Shown piece after piece: positions 45,920 through 58,263 of a stretch of 64,000 nucleotides of DNA. Source of the stretch: an uncultured Planctomycetales bacterium. Lineage in GTDB: Bacteria; Omnitrophota; Gorgyraeia; Gygaellales; Profunditerraquicolaceae. Below the pieces are notes generated by a model. That model ran no database searches. It was not told the DNA's origin and saw only the letters and a program-made list of their open reading frames with translations. The position numbers and the translations under genes are program-made. Location: contig CAYRUB010000008.1 of the NCBI GenBank assembly GCA_964427405.1, forward strand, positions 31,428 to 95,427. The letters are read 5' to 3'. Within the stretch, counting starts at the first letter, position 1. The number at the start of each line of letters is the position of its first letter.

Positions 45920-48157
45920 CTAAACCTTCCCCAATGATGTCAATTCTGTAATAATATTCCCTGCCCAGCGATAAATATTGTTCTCCGAAATAACTTTGCG
46001 CATTTTTCCCATGCGTCTTGTTTTCTCGTCCTGGGGCATCTGGAGAGCTAATTTTATACTGTCGGCAAATTCCTCTATTGAATAGGGATTTACCTGAATA
46101 GCATCGGGAAGCTCTCTGACTGCGCCGGTAAATTGACTTAATATAAGAGCTCCGGAGAAGTCACTTTTTGTTGCTACGTATTCTTTAGCCACAAGGTTCA
46201 TGCCATCATGAAGCGAGCTTACAATGCAAAGATCAGCCATTTTATAAAAAGGCTCGATTTCATCTAAAGAAAAATGCCTCTTAAGGTAAATAATTGGCTT
46301 CCAGCTGGAATCGGAATACTTCCAGTTAGTTTTCTCGATTAATTCGTCAATTTCTGCCATAAGATCATGATAACGCTTTATATGTACACGGCTTGGAGCG
46401 GCAAGCTGAACAAAAACAAATTTTTTCTTATATTCTGGATATTTTTCTAAAAATCTGTCTATAGCTTGCACTCTTTCAACAATGCCCTTTGTATAATCGA
46501 TCCTGTCAACTCCCAAACCTATGATTTTACCTTCCAGGTCAAACTCTTTTTTAATTTTATCTATCTCTAGTTTTATATCCGCGTCTTTCTCAGCTTTATT
46601 TAAATTCACGCTAACACTAATCGGAAACGCCCGCACAAAAGTTTCTTTTTCAGAACGAACAATGCTGAATTTTTCTATATCAACCCTTGATTCAAGAAGC
46701 CTGTTGACTGTATCTAAGAAATTATTACAATGATTCTGAACATGAAAACCTATTAAATCACATCCAAGCATTCCTTCCAGAATCTCTTTACGGTAAGGAC
46801 AAATGGAAAATGCATCTGGAGTAGGCCAGGGAATATGCCAAAAAAGTGCAATTACCGCATCCGGACGTTTTTCCTTAATCATCTTCCCGAGCAAAGTGAA
46901 ATGGTAATCTTGAATAAATACAAAAGGATGTTTAGCGGGAAGTTCCTCCAAAACAGAATCCGCAAACTTCTGATTTACTTTTTTGTAAGCTTGCCAATCT
47001 GACTCACGAAAAACCGGCCTCGTATGCGTATTGTGACACAGCGGCCATAACCCCTCATTGGAAAAACCATAATAGTAGCCATCTTCCTCTTCTTTATTCA
47101 ACCAAACCCTCTTAAGAATATACCGTATATCTTTAGGCGGAACACCTAATTTGTCCTTTGAATTTACGAACTTCTTATCCGCATTACCGCCACCATGAGC
47201 AATCCATGTACCGCCGCAAGCGCATAGAACCGGATGAATCGCAGTAACCACGCCGCTTGCAGGCCTGATGTATTTTTCTAAACCAGTTGCTTCATCAACA
47301 ACATGCATATAGGGCTCACGGTTAGATACTACAAATAAAGCTTTTTCTCCTAATTTCGCTCGAATAAGATCTTTTAATTTTGATTCTGTCCATGTCTCTT
47401 CTTTTTCTAGGCGGGCAGACGCTTCATCAGAAATTGTCCTACGGGCAACGCGCAAACTCAATGCCGCCTGCTCAACTTCACTGGCAAGCTTACCCAGATC
47501 CCCTTTTTCTCTAATAGGGTGCGCTTCGTCAGTTTCGCCTCTCTGGAAGAACTTAAACCAATCTGTTAAACGTTGTATTGGCAGAGCAAAAATCTGCCTG
47601 TGCAGAAGAATAGATAAAACAAAAATAACCACAACTAAAATTATTAACGTTGAACTGATACGTCTCCAAATCTCAGTTAACCTTGCGAAGACATAGGAAG
47701 TATCATGTATAACCTCAACCATTCCCAAAAGCTGCCCTTCATCATCAACTATGGGTAGAACATAGCTATAGACTTGATAGTCTTTGAATTTCTCTAATTC
47801 TCCCCGCGGAATTTTATTCGCTATAACATCCTTAATATAAGGCTTGCCTTTTTCTTTCCAATCGGCGAATCTTTTAGTAAGCGCGATGATGTTTCCATCT
47901 TTATCGTAAATAACGCAACCCTGTAATCTTTCGCGAGTCTCAAATTTCTCCGCAAGATAATTTGCATTTTTTAAATCATTGGCTAAAAGCACATGCTTCA
48001 CCGATAACTCCATGCTTTCGGCAACGATCCTGGCTTTTCGCTTTAAGTCGTCAGTAAGCTTCTCTTCTTCTAAACGCGTCTGAAAGAAACCAAAGAGCGT
48101 AAAGGCCACGGAAACAATAATTAAAATGGGTAAAATAAATAAAAGAACTCTTCTCAT
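45920..48157 (-). CDS. otsA: trehalose-6-phosphate synthase with N-terminal TM-extracytoplasmic-TM-HAMP-like module
   Basis: GT20 motifs VVSNREP, YYGFSNEGLWPLCH, IQDYH, FWHIPWP, VDRIDYTKGI, DGMNLVAKEY; ~260-aa N-terminal extension with two TM helices. Confidence 0.9.
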   Translation of the reverse strand: MRRVLLFILPILIIVSVAFTLFGFFQTRLEEEKLTDDLKRKARIVAESMELSVKHVLLANDLKNANYLAEKFETRERLQGCVIYDKDGNIIALTKRFADWKEKGKPYIKDVIANKIPRGELEKFKDYQVYSYVLPIVDDEGQLLGMVEVIHDTSYVFARLTEIWRRISSTLIILVVVIFVLSILLHRQIFALPIQRLTDWFKFFQRGETDEAHPIREKGDLGKLASEVEQAALSLRVARRTISDEASARLEKEETWTESKLKDLIRAKLGEKALFVVSNREPYMHVVDEATGLEKYIRPASGVVTAIHPVLCACGGTWIAHGGGNADKKFVNSKDKLGVPPKDIRYILKRVWLNKEEEDGYYYGFSNEGLWPLCHNTHTRPVFRESDWQAYKKVNQKFADSVLEELPAKHPFVFIQDYHFTLLGKMIKEKRPDAVIALFWHIPWPTPDAFSICPYRKEILEGMLGCDLIGFHVQNHCNNFLDTVNRLLESRVDIEKFSIVRSEKETFVRAFPISVSVNLNKAEKDADIKLEIDKIKKEFDLEGKIIGLGVDRIDYTKGIVERVQAIDRFLEKYPEYKKKFVFVQLAAPSRVHIKRYHDLMAEIDELIEKTNWKYSDSSWKPIIYLKRHFSLDEIEPFYKMADLCIVSSLHDGMNLVAKEYVATKSDFSGALILSQFTGAVRELPDAIQVNPYSIEEFADSIKLALQMPQDEKTRRMGKMRKVISENNIYRWAGNIITELTSLGKV

Positions 48158-48170
48158 TTTTCACCTCAAC

Positions 48171-48261
48171 AAAACAAAAATCGCCACCCTGCATTCCCAT
48201 GCAAGATGGCGGCCCGACCATCTAACGATCCTCTGGGAATATTTACTTATTCCCAAACCAC
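48171..48261 (-). ncRNA. Na+/Li+ riboswitch-like leader with overlapping terminator, copy 1
   Basis: GTGGTT-[TGGGAATA..TATTCCCA]-GAGGAT..AGATGGTCGGGCCGCCATCT, terminator CGCCATCTTGCAT/ATGCAGGGTGGCG-ATTTTTGTTTT; 26 nt identical to copy 2. Confidence 0.72.
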
Positions 48262-48282
48262 TTATACTAAATTATATAATGC

Positions 48283-48310
48283 AATATACCACGATTAGAT
48301 AGAAATTCAA
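48283..48310 (-). promoter_or_regulatory. sigma70-type promoter of the trehalose island
   Basis: TTGAAT-16 nt (ending TGG)-TATATT. Confidence 0.45.
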
Positions 48311-48342
48311 CAAATTAATAGAGTAATATTTTATATTTATAC

Positions 48343-48594
48343 TTATAAAAGGAGGGTTGCCTGATTTCTAAGAACTTCGATAAACCCGCCCGGGCAAGAG
48401 TCTATTATGCTGGTTTTACCTGACGGGGTGCGTAAGGTAATCTTACCACAAGTAAGCCTGGCCACCAAAGGAGCATGTTCGGCCAAAACACCCAGATAGC
48501 CTGATTCTGATGGCGCAATCAGGGAAACTGCCTCTCCCTCATATATCGTTTTATTGCTAGAATAGATTCCTACTTTAAAAACTTTAGCAGCCAT
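48343..48594 (-). CDS. atpC: ATP synthase epsilon (N-terminal beta domain only)
   Basis: GYLGVLAEHAP, GGFIEV; 83 aa. Confidence 0.88.
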   Translation of the reverse strand: MAAKVFKVGIYSSNKTIYEGEAVSLIAPSESGYLGVLAEHAPLVARLTCGKITLRTPSGKTSIIDSCPGGFIEVLRNQATLLL

Positions 48595-48599
48595 TTTCC

Positions 48600-50859
<2,260 letters not shown>

Positions 50860-50863
50860 ATTA

Positions 50864-52387
50864 TTAGGATTGGCTCAGGAACTCTTTCTTAGAATCAGCG
50901 ATCAATTTGTCCAGTTTACCCCTTAAATCTGAATCTAAATCATTCTTTAACTCTATCTCCTGCGTAATCCCGGGATAATTTTTCTCGATGAATTTATAAA
51001 GATATGCCTCGAATTTCTTAACCGCGCCAACCGGCAAATCATCAAGGCAACCATTGGTGCCGGCGTAAATAATGATTATCTGCCTGGCTGTTTCAAGCGG
51101 CTCATACTGCACCTGCTTTAGAATTTCAACCATCCTCTCACCGCGGGTAAGCTGCGCACGTGTCGTCTTATCCAGGTCTGTACCGAATTGCGTAAAAGTT
51201 ACCAGCTCGCGGTATTGCGCAAGATCCAGCCTTAGTTTTGAAGCAACCTGGCGCATAGCTTTGCTTTGCGCCTTACCTCCTACGCGGGAAACTGATAAAC
51301 CTACATTTACCGCAGGCCGCACCCCGGCATAAAATAAATCGCTTTCCAAATAGATCTGGCCATCGGTAATAGAGATTACATTAGTAGGAATGTAGCTTGA
51401 TATATCCCCAGCTTGAGTTTCAACAATGGGAATAGCGGTTATGGAACCTGCGCCTAATTCATCATTTAATTTAGCGGAACGCTCCAGAAGCCTTGAATGC
51501 AAATAAAAAATATCTCCCGGGTATGCCTCTCTTCCCGGAGGACGCCTTAAAAGTAAAGATAACTGCCGGTATGCCTGGGCATGCTTGGATAGATCATCGT
51601 AAATTACCAGGACATGCTTTCCTGAATACATAAACTCTTCCGCCATGGCTGTCGCCGCGTAAGGCGCAAGATATTGCAAGCTTGCCGAAGCGCGAGAAGA
51701 AGCGCTGACAATTGTGGTATACTCCATTGCCCCGTGCTTTTTGAGCACCTCGTTTACCGCTACTACGCTGGATAATTTTTGCCCGATTGCGCAATAAATG
51801 CAGTAAACATCTTTTCCTTTTTGATTAATGATTGTATCTATGGCAATGGCGGTTTTACCGGTCTGACGGTCCCCGATAATCAATTCACGCTGTCCGCGGC
51901 CAATAGGAGTCATGGCATCTATGGCTTTTACCCCGGTCTGCAATGGTTGGTTTACCGGCTGCCTCTCTACTACATTAGGAGCACTGGATTCTATCGGCCT
52001 GGACTTTTGCGTATTCACCTTACCCTTGCCGTCGATTGGCCGGCCCAAACCATTAACTACCCTGCCAACAAGCGCCTCTCCTACCGGAACCTGCACAATC
52101 TTACCGGTACGCTTAACAATATCCCCCTCCCTGATACTCTGATCGGGATTATCCGTACCAAAGATTACCACCCCTGCGCTGTCCTCTTCCAGATTCAAAA
52201 CCATACCCATGATATTATCTGAAAACTGTACCAACTCACCCATCATCACGTCATCTAATCCGTAAATACGCGCAATGGTATCCCCAACCTGGATAACCGT
52301 TCCTATAGACTCGGTGCGCAACCGGGTTTTATATTTTTCCAGTTCTTTCTTAATTATGGAAGTAACTTCTTCCGGTTTTAAAACCAT
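50864..52387 (-). CDS. atpA: ATP synthase alpha
   Basis: [26 protein letters not shown]. Confidence 0.98.
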   Translation of the reverse strand: MVLKPEEVTSIIKKELEKYKTRLRTESIGTVIQVGDTIARIYGLDDVMMGELVQFSDNIMGMVLNLEEDSAGVVIFGTDNPDQSIREGDIVKRTGKIVQVPVGEALVGRVVNGLGRPIDGKGKVNTQKSRPIESSAPNVVERQPVNQPLQTGVKAIDAMTPIGRGQRELIIGDRQTGKTAIAIDTIINQKGKDVYCIYCAIGQKLSSVVAVNEVLKKHGAMEYTTIVSASSRASASLQYLAPYAATAMAEEFMYSGKHVLVIYDDLSKHAQAYRQLSLLLRRPPGREAYPGDIFYLHSRLLERSAKLNDELGAGSITAIPIVETQAGDISSYIPTNVISITDGQIYLESDLFYAGVRPAVNVGLSVSRVGGKAQSKAMRQVASKLRLDLAQYRELVTFTQFGTDLDKTTRAQLTRGERMVEILKQVQYEPLETARQIIIIYAGTNGCLDDLPVGAVKKFEAYLYKFIEKNYPGITQEIELKNDLDSDLRGKLDKLIADSKKEFLSQS

Positions 52388-52403
52388 TTTACCCCTTCCT
52401 TAG

Positions 52404-52952
52404 CTATTCCATGCTTACCATAGTAAGCTTTTCTTTCAAATCGTTAAGCCGTTTTATTACCGAACCGTCAATAATAGTATTGCCGATAACTACCTGCACT
52501 CCTCCCAGGAGGCTGCCATCTAAATCAATATAAAATTTTAAGTCCTGCTTAAGCCTCTTTTTTAAAACAACCTCTATCTTTTTTATCAAATCCAGCTCCA
52601 GCGGAAAGGCAGTCCTGAGCAATACATCCACCTGGCCAAGGTGGGCGTATTTTGCGCGCAGGTATTCCGCCGCATCCAGAAAAATATCAAAACGTTTCTT
52701 TTCAATAAGAAGTTTCAAGAAATTACGTATTTCATCCGAAAGGCCGTCCCTGATTGCCTCATCGATAATTACGCATTTTTCAGTATATGAAATCTCCGGA
52801 TTATGCATCAATTCGCCAAACCCGGGATTATCGCGAATAATATTCTTTACAACTACCAGATCCCCTAAAGCCTTCTCCAGCCCGCAATTTTCCCGCGCTA
52901 AACTTATAAAGGCTTCGGCATACCTGCTCACAATTACCTTGTTCTTTATCAT
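52404..52952 (-). CDS. atpH: ATP synthase delta
   Basis: RYAEA, SLLGG, IIDGSV; operon position. Confidence 0.92.
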   Translation of the reverse strand: MIKNKVIVSRYAEAFISLARENCGLEKALGDLVVVKNIIRDNPGFGELMHNPEISYTEKCVIIDEAIRDGLSDEIRNFLKLLIEKKRFDIFLDAAEYLRAKYAHLGQVDVLLRTAFPLELDLIKKIEVVLKKRLKQDLKFYIDLDGSLLGGVQVVIGNTIIDGSVIKRLNDLKEKLTMVSME

Positions 52953-53446
52953 TCCGCGCTTTCCATCTCCTTAATAAAACTTTCCACTATCCTGCGGTCT
53001 CCATCCTCAGTAAGCTTCTCCTGGATCACGCTACTGGCAGCGCCCAAGGCGATATCCACAATCCTTTCCTTAAGCTGCTCCTGAACCTTAGAAACCTCAT
53101 ATTTTACCTGCTTGCGCGCATCAATAATAATATCCTGCGCGTCTTCATGGGCTTGTTTACGCATCTGGGCGTTTATCTTCCTGCCCTCTTCAATGGCCTC
53201 TTTGATTTTTACTTCGGCCTGCTCCTGGATAGCCGCCATCTTAAATTCATAATCCGTTTTCAACCTGCCAATTTCAAGTTTAGCACTTTCAATCCTCTCA
53301 AATTCAGAGCGGATTTTTTCTTTACGCTGATCCAAAAGTCCAAGGATCTTCTTCCAAGCAAATAGCCTTAGCAAAAATAAAAGCAGAAAGAAACTTAAAA
53401 CCTGCGCGAATATTTCGCTTGCGCTAAGCATTTTTAAAAGTTCCAC
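52949..53446 (-). CDS. atpF: ATP synthase b
   Basis: N-terminal TM, FAWKKI..LDQR, coiled coil. Confidence 0.92.
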   Translation of the reverse strand: MELLKMLSASEIFAQVLSFFLLLFLLRLFAWKKILGLLDQRKEKIRSEFERIESAKLEIGRLKTDYEFKMAAIQEQAEVKIKEAIEEGRKINAQMRKQAHEDAQDIIIDARKQVKYEVSKVQEQLKERIVDIALGAASSVIQEKLTEDGDRRIVESFIKEMESAE

Positions 53447-53467
53447 GCTATTTTTCTCCTCTTAGGC

Positions 53468-53695
53468 TTATTTGCCGGCGTACATAAAAGCAAATACCAA
53501 AACGTAAATAGTAATGGCTTCAATAAAAGCACAGCCGATAATCATACTGGTCATTATTTTATTAGATGCCTCCGGCTGCCTGCCGATTGCACCCATAGCC
53601 GAAGCTACCGCAACACCTAAAGCAATTGCCGAACCAAATGCCGCCGTGGCTAAAGCTATTGCTACACCTAAATCCAATACTACTTTTGCGTCCAT
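53468..53695 (-). CDS. atpE: ATP synthase c
   Basis: GRQPEA loop, FIEAITIY carboxylate. Confidence 0.95.
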   Translation of the reverse strand: MDAKVVLDLGVAIALATAAFGSAIALGVAVASAMGAIGRQPEASNKIMTSMIIGCAFIEAITIYVLVFAFMYAGK

Positions 53696-53707
53696 ATTAT
53701 CCTCCTA

Positions 53708-53755
53708 GCCCACAAGGGGGGCACACCCGCGCAAATCCTTATAAGCGCGGGGTGT
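53708..53755. repeat. family 3 palindromic element between the atpB stop and atpE RBS
   Basis: GCCCACAAGGG hairpin, then ACACCCGCGC-AAATCCTTATAA-GCGCGGGGTGT. Confidence 0.65.
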
Positions 53756-54513
53756 TACTCTATAACTTCTTCTTCGTGATTTAAAACAAGCGCCAGATAA
53801 ATCGTGGTTAACAGACAAAAGACCGAAGCCTGTACAACCGACGCCAAGACCCCCATCAACATATTGAAAAATAACAACGGTAAACCTTTAATCCCAAAAC
53901 CGGCAAGCAGGGCAATTAGAACTTCATCCCCCCACATATTACCACGTAAACGTAAGGATAAACTGATTGGCCGGATTAATTCAGTAAGAATATGCAGGAT
54001 TAACATAAACAGAGGCATAATAATCGTAAAGGCTAAAGCCCCTCTCTGCTGACCTGCCAAGTGGTCTAAATAACCCAGGAAACCCAATTCCTTGATAGCC
54101 GTATACTGTACGTAAAAGAATACGCAGAGCGCCAAAGCTAAAGTTGTCGACCAGCTAGCGGTAGAGGACTTCATAAACGGGATCAAACCTGAGAGGTTCA
54201 TACAAAGGATATAAATAAACAGTGTCCCGATAAAAGGCGTGTATTTGGTTCCCTTTGGCCCCATAATTCCACAGACAAAATCATTCAATCCCTCAACAAT
54301 AATTTCAACCGCTGCCTGCAGCCGGTTGCCGGGGATCAAACCCTTTCTTCTGCAGGCAAGAAAGGCCAAAATACCCAAAACTAAAACAATAAACAGGGAA
54401 AAACTGATATTCTCCCAAAGGTAAATGAATTTAAGAAAAACATTTCCGGGAAATTTTTCTGCTAAGATTGAAAAAATGTTCGGCAACTCAGGTATTGCGG
54501 TATTTTCGCTCAT
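53755..54513 (-). CDS. atpB: ATP synthase a
   Basis: RPISLSLRLRGNM, VQASVFCLLTTIYL. Confidence 0.95.
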   Translation of the reverse strand: MSENTAIPELPNIFSILAEKFPGNVFLKFIYLWENISFSLFIVLVLGILAFLACRRKGLIPGNRLQAAVEIIVEGLNDFVCGIMGPKGTKYTPFIGTLFIYILCMNLSGLIPFMKSSTASWSTTLALALCVFFYVQYTAIKELGFLGYLDHLAGQQRGALAFTIIMPLFMLILHILTELIRPISLSLRLRGNMWGDEVLIALLAGFGIKGLPLLFFNMLMGVLASVVQASVFCLLTTIYLALVLNHEEEVIE

Positions 54514-54740
54514 TTTTTATTCACCCTGCTAATAGCTTTTAGGATCTTGACTATTTCCATAATTGCAGCCAGAAAACCAAAAACAATGCCGGACAGCACT
54601 ACCCAATGCGACAAATTAAACTTCTTTTGCAGAAAATCACCTACAAAATAACCTGAAAGCGGCCCGGCAGCCAGCATAAAAGGGATAAAAGAAACAAAAC
54701 CTACGGTTTTTATCCCCTTATATAAATCTTCTTTCTGCAT
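54510..54740 (-). CDS. AtpZ/AtpI family protein
   Basis: Two TM helices, GYFVGDFL; likely start ATG 54740 rather than 54776. Confidence 0.75.
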   Translation of the reverse strand: MQKEDLYKGIKTVGFVSFIPFMLAAGPLSGYFVGDFLQKKFNLSHWVVLSGIVFGFLAAIMEIVKILKAISRVNKK

Positions 54741-54751
54741 AAAGTGCCTAT

Positions 54752-54794
54752 AAAAAAATTGACGCCTTCTATCCAATATCGGATTTAAGACGTC
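54752..54794 (-). terminator. terminator-like hairpin in the atp operon leader
   Basis: GACGTCTT..ATCC/GGAT..AAGGCGTC-AATTTTTTT downstream of promoter 54837-54864. Confidence 0.45.
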
Positions 54795-54836
54795 TGTTAA
54801 CTTAATAACTGCTCTACTCTTTTGTAAGCAAATATT

Positions 54837-54864
54837 ACTGTACCATAAATTCTAAGCTTGTCAA
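54837..54864 (-). promoter_or_regulatory. sigma70-type promoter of the atp operon
   Basis: TTGACA-16 nt (ending TGG)-TACAGT. Confidence 0.5.
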
Positions 54865-54888
54865 TTATAATTAGAATCTAATTAAGGC

Positions 54889-55293
54889 TTATTCCGTTTT
54901 AGTGGCGATATTTAAATTCTTTATGCCCAGTTCATTCAGAATATCCAGCAGGCCGACAATATCTTTAAACCTAACCATTTTATCTGAGAACAAAATAACT
55001 TCAAGCCCCGGATCATCCTGATGGAGTTTAGCGACCTCAGCTTTAAGTGCTTTTCTCGAGATAAGCTTATTATCAAGATACACCATGCCTTCATTAGTTG
55101 CCATGATACTAATTTGCCTGGCATCATTCATTGGCTTGCCGGTTGTAGAGCCCGGAAGATTAACCCGGATATTCGACTGAAGGATTAAAGGGGTAGTAAC
55201 CATAAAAATGATTAAGAGCACCAAAATAACATCAGTAAAAGGAGTAATGTTTATCTCAGCAATTGGCTTTTGTTTTCTGCTAAAAGTCATCAT
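54889..55293 (-). CDS. exbD: ExbD/TolR
   Basis: EINITPFTDVILVLLIIFMV. Confidence 0.9.
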   Translation of the reverse strand: MMTFSRKQKPIAEINITPFTDVILVLLIIFMVTTPLILQSNIRVNLPGSTTGKPMNDARQISIMATNEGMVYLDNKLISRKALKAEVAKLHQDDPGLEVILFSDKMVRFKDIVGLLDILNELGIKNLNIATKTE

Positions 55294-55907
55294 TTCTTTA
55301 TCGCGCTGATCAAATCCATGGTCTCGGAGGCAGCCAGCTCCATATCTTTAATAAAATCATCTATCTTCTTCATAAAATAATTATAGGCAACTACCGCCGG
55401 CACAGCAACACAAAGCCCTGCGGCAGTACATGCCAAGGCCTCGGATATGCCGCTAATAACCACACTTATCCCTCCGGAACCGCTTACCGATATATCATGA
55501 AAAGCCCGGATTATCCCTAAAACCGTACCAAAAAGGCCTATGTAAACCGAAACACTTCCAATAGTTCCGATTATCGAAGTAAAACGTTCAAGAACCACAG
55601 TCTCAATAATAACCTGACGTTCCATATTGTTAGATATCTCTTTTTCACTACAGTCAAAAAAGCTTAAACCCGCATAAACTACCTGGGCAAAAGGGGCATT
55701 ACTGTCTTTACATATTCTCATTGCCGGGTTTACCCCGCCCTTCTTAAGTTCATGGCGGACTCTCGACATAAGGTCTTTACGCTTCAACCTTGACTTACTG
55801 TAATAAAAAATAACTCTTTCCAGGATAATCGCAACAGATACTACTGATACGGCTAAAAGCGCAATCATGGTAACGCCGCCGGCCTTAACAAGCTGCAAAA
55901 TATTCAT
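55290..55907 (-). CDS. exbB: ExbB/TolQ/MotA proton channel
   Basis: IGLFGTVLGIIRAF, GISEALACTAAGL.VAVPA. Confidence 0.9.
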   Translation of the reverse strand: MNILQLVKAGGVTMIALLAVSVVSVAIILERVIFYYSKSRLKRKDLMSRVRHELKKGGVNPAMRICKDSNAPFAQVVYAGLSFFDCSEKEISNNMERQVIIETVVLERFTSIIGTIGSVSVYIGLFGTVLGIIRAFHDISVSGSGGISVVISGISEALACTAAGLCVAVPAVVAYNYFMKKIDDFIKDMELAASETMDLISAIKK

Positions 55908-55958
55908 AATTCCTCCAGATTCTTAAAAAGTTTTCCCTCTTACCCGTTTAAAATAATT

Positions 55959-56027
55959 TAGCGGGTGGCTTGGACTGGATTCGAGCCGCGGTGTGCGGCG
56001 AGAAACAGTCCAAGACAGGACCCGCTA
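55959..56027 (+). repeat. family 2 palindromic element
   Basis: TAGCGGGTGG-CTTGGACTG..GCCGC/GCGGC..CAGTCCAAG-ACAGGACCCGCTA with tandem GA mismatches. Confidence 0.75.
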
Positions 56028-56031
56028 AATA

Positions 56032-58227
56032 CTATTTTATAAACAGCATCTCACGATACTTAGGCAGATCCCAGGTATCATCAGGAACTACACATTCAAG
56101 CTGATCCGCATGCTTACGGATATGCTCCATCAAAGGCTTAAGTTCCTTAAAATAAACCTTTGCGCGTTTTTCATCGCTTAATTTCTTAGCCTTCTCAAGC
56201 AGTTTCACCATTTCAACAACATTCTTACGCACATAGTAAATCTTTAAAATCACTTCGTTTAAATGATTTTTCTTATCTTTCAATGCCGCAACATCCGTTT
56301 TTAAACCTGCGGTCTTCTGTAATCTTGCTATTTTATCCAGAGTGGAAGCCAATAGTTTCTCATATTTATAACCTGCCGGAACTACTGAGGCATTTACCAT
56401 TTCATTTAAGGTATTCGCTTCAATTTCCAGGGTAAGATTATACATGTGTACCCAAATATGGTAGCGCGCGATCAATTCTTCTTTAGAGAAAACCCTGTAT
56501 TCTTCAAAGAGGGCGATATTCTCTTTCCTAGTCAGAGCTTCCAGTGCTTCATAAGTTGCGGCAATATTCGCCAGGCCCCGCTTCTTTGCTTCCCTGACCC
56601 AATCTTGCGCGTAATTATTTCCTTCAAAACGGATATGTTTGGTTTCTTTAACAATCTTAGAGATAACCTGCAATACACTGGCATTAAAATCTTTACCGGT
56701 TGAACTGGCGCGTTTAATCTGGCCAGCCACATAATCTAAACTTTCGGCGATGATAGTATTGATTACCGCAATCGGTGTTGAGATATTCTGCGAAGAACCG
56801 ACAGCGCGAAATTCAAACTTAACTCCGGTAAAAGCAAAAGGTGAAGTGCGGTTCCTGTCGGTTGAATCTTTGTTGAATTTAGGCAGGCGGCCTATTCCTA
56901 AATCCATAATATCAGATTTAGAAACTTTTGACTTGACCCCTTTTTCAATCATATTCAGGATATTAGTTAGCTGCTCGCCCAGAAACACACTGATAATCGC
57001 AGGCGGGGCTTCATTGGCGCCTAAACGATGTTCGTTGCCTGCTAAGGCAACTGAAGCACGCAAGAGATCCGCATGCAGATAAACCGCTCTTAAAACTACC
57101 GCCAAAACTGCCAGGAATTGCAAGTTATCTTCCGGGGTCTGGCCAGGGTTGAGCAAATTATTACCTTTATTATCTGACAGCGACCAATTCAGATGTTTAC
57201 CGCTACCATTTATTCCGGCAAAAGGTTTTTCATGCAAAAGGCATACTAGATTATGGCGTAAAGCTACCTTTTTCATTAACTCCATAAGCAGTTGGTTGTG
57301 GTCTGCTGCAATATTTGATTCCTCAAACACCGGGGCAAATTCATATTGATGCGGAGCAACCTCATTATGACGGGTCATAACCGGCACTCCCAATTTATAA
57401 GCCTCTTCCGCTACTTCAAACATGAAATTGACTACCCGCTCTTTGATCGTACCAAAATACTGGTCTTCCAGCTGCTGCCCTTTAGAGCTAGGCGCACCAA
57501 TCAAAGTGCGGCCAGCCATAATTAAATCCTGGCGCAGATTATAATAGTTCTTATCGATTAGAAAATACTCCTGCTCCGGCCCACAGGTGGAGAATACTTT
57601 CTTTACATCTTTGCGGCCAAAAAGTTTAAGCAGGCCCACAGCAGCTTTATTCAATGCCTCCTCGGAACGCAAAAGAGGAAGTTTCTTATCCAGGGCCTCA
57701 CCATGGTAAGAAATAAATATACTGGGAATACATAATGTCTTGCCAAGTTTACTTTCAACGATAAAGGCCGGGCTTGAAGGATCCCAGGCAGTGTAACCAC
57801 GGGCCTCAAATGTAGCCCTGATACCACCAGAAGGAAAACTTGAGGCGTCAGGTTCACCCTGGATTAGCTTGTTGCCGGAGAACTTTTCAATTACTTTGCC
57901 TGGTCCGCTAATAGTGATAAAGCTATCATGCTTTTCAGCGGTAAGCCCGGTCATCGGCTGGAACCAATGCGTATAGTATGTGGCGCCTTTAGCAATCGCC
58001 CAATTCTTCATCGCATTGGCAATCTCATTTGCCTGCGCCAAGGTTATGGTTTTACCCTTAGACATCCAGAGTTTAAACGCCTCGAATGTATTCTTGGAAA
58101 TGTGCTTTTGCATAGTTTCCAGCTTAAAAGTATTCTCGCCAAAGTAAGTAGAGACTTTCTTCGGCGCAGTGATTTTATCTAATTCTATGCTTTTAATCTT
58201 AAATAAAACTTTTTGCCTTATACTCAT
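56032..58227 (-). CDS. glnA: glutamine synthetase type III
   Basis: HWFQPMTGLTAEKHD, GEPDASSFPSGG, HNEVAP, HEKPFAGINGSGKH, DRNRTSPFAFTG; 731 aa. Confidence 0.95.
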   Translation of the reverse strand: MSIRQKVLFKIKSIELDKITAPKKVSTYFGENTFKLETMQKHISKNTFEAFKLWMSKGKTITLAQANEIANAMKNWAIAKGATYYTHWFQPMTGLTAEKHDSFITISGPGKVIEKFSGNKLIQGEPDASSFPSGGIRATFEARGYTAWDPSSPAFIVESKLGKTLCIPSIFISYHGEALDKKLPLLRSEEALNKAAVGLLKLFGRKDVKKVFSTCGPEQEYFLIDKNYYNLRQDLIMAGRTLIGAPSSKGQQLEDQYFGTIKERVVNFMFEVAEEAYKLGVPVMTRHNEVAPHQYEFAPVFEESNIAADHNQLLMELMKKVALRHNLVCLLHEKPFAGINGSGKHLNWSLSDNKGNNLLNPGQTPEDNLQFLAVLAVVLRAVYLHADLLRASVALAGNEHRLGANEAPPAIISVFLGEQLTNILNMIEKGVKSKVSKSDIMDLGIGRLPKFNKDSTDRNRTSPFAFTGVKFEFRAVGSSQNISTPIAVINTIIAESLDYVAGQIKRASSTGKDFNASVLQVISKIVKETKHIRFEGNNYAQDWVREAKKRGLANIAATYEALEALTRKENIALFEEYRVFSKEELIARYHIWVHMYNLTLEIEANTLNEMVNASVVPAGYKYEKLLASTLDKIARLQKTAGLKTDVAALKDKKNHLNEVILKIYYVRKNVVEMVKLLEKAKKLSDEKRAKVYFKELKPLMEHIRKHADQLECVVPDDTWDLPKYREMLFIK

Positions 58228-58263
58228 CTCTTCCCCCTTTTACGTATTTTAAGGAATATCAAG

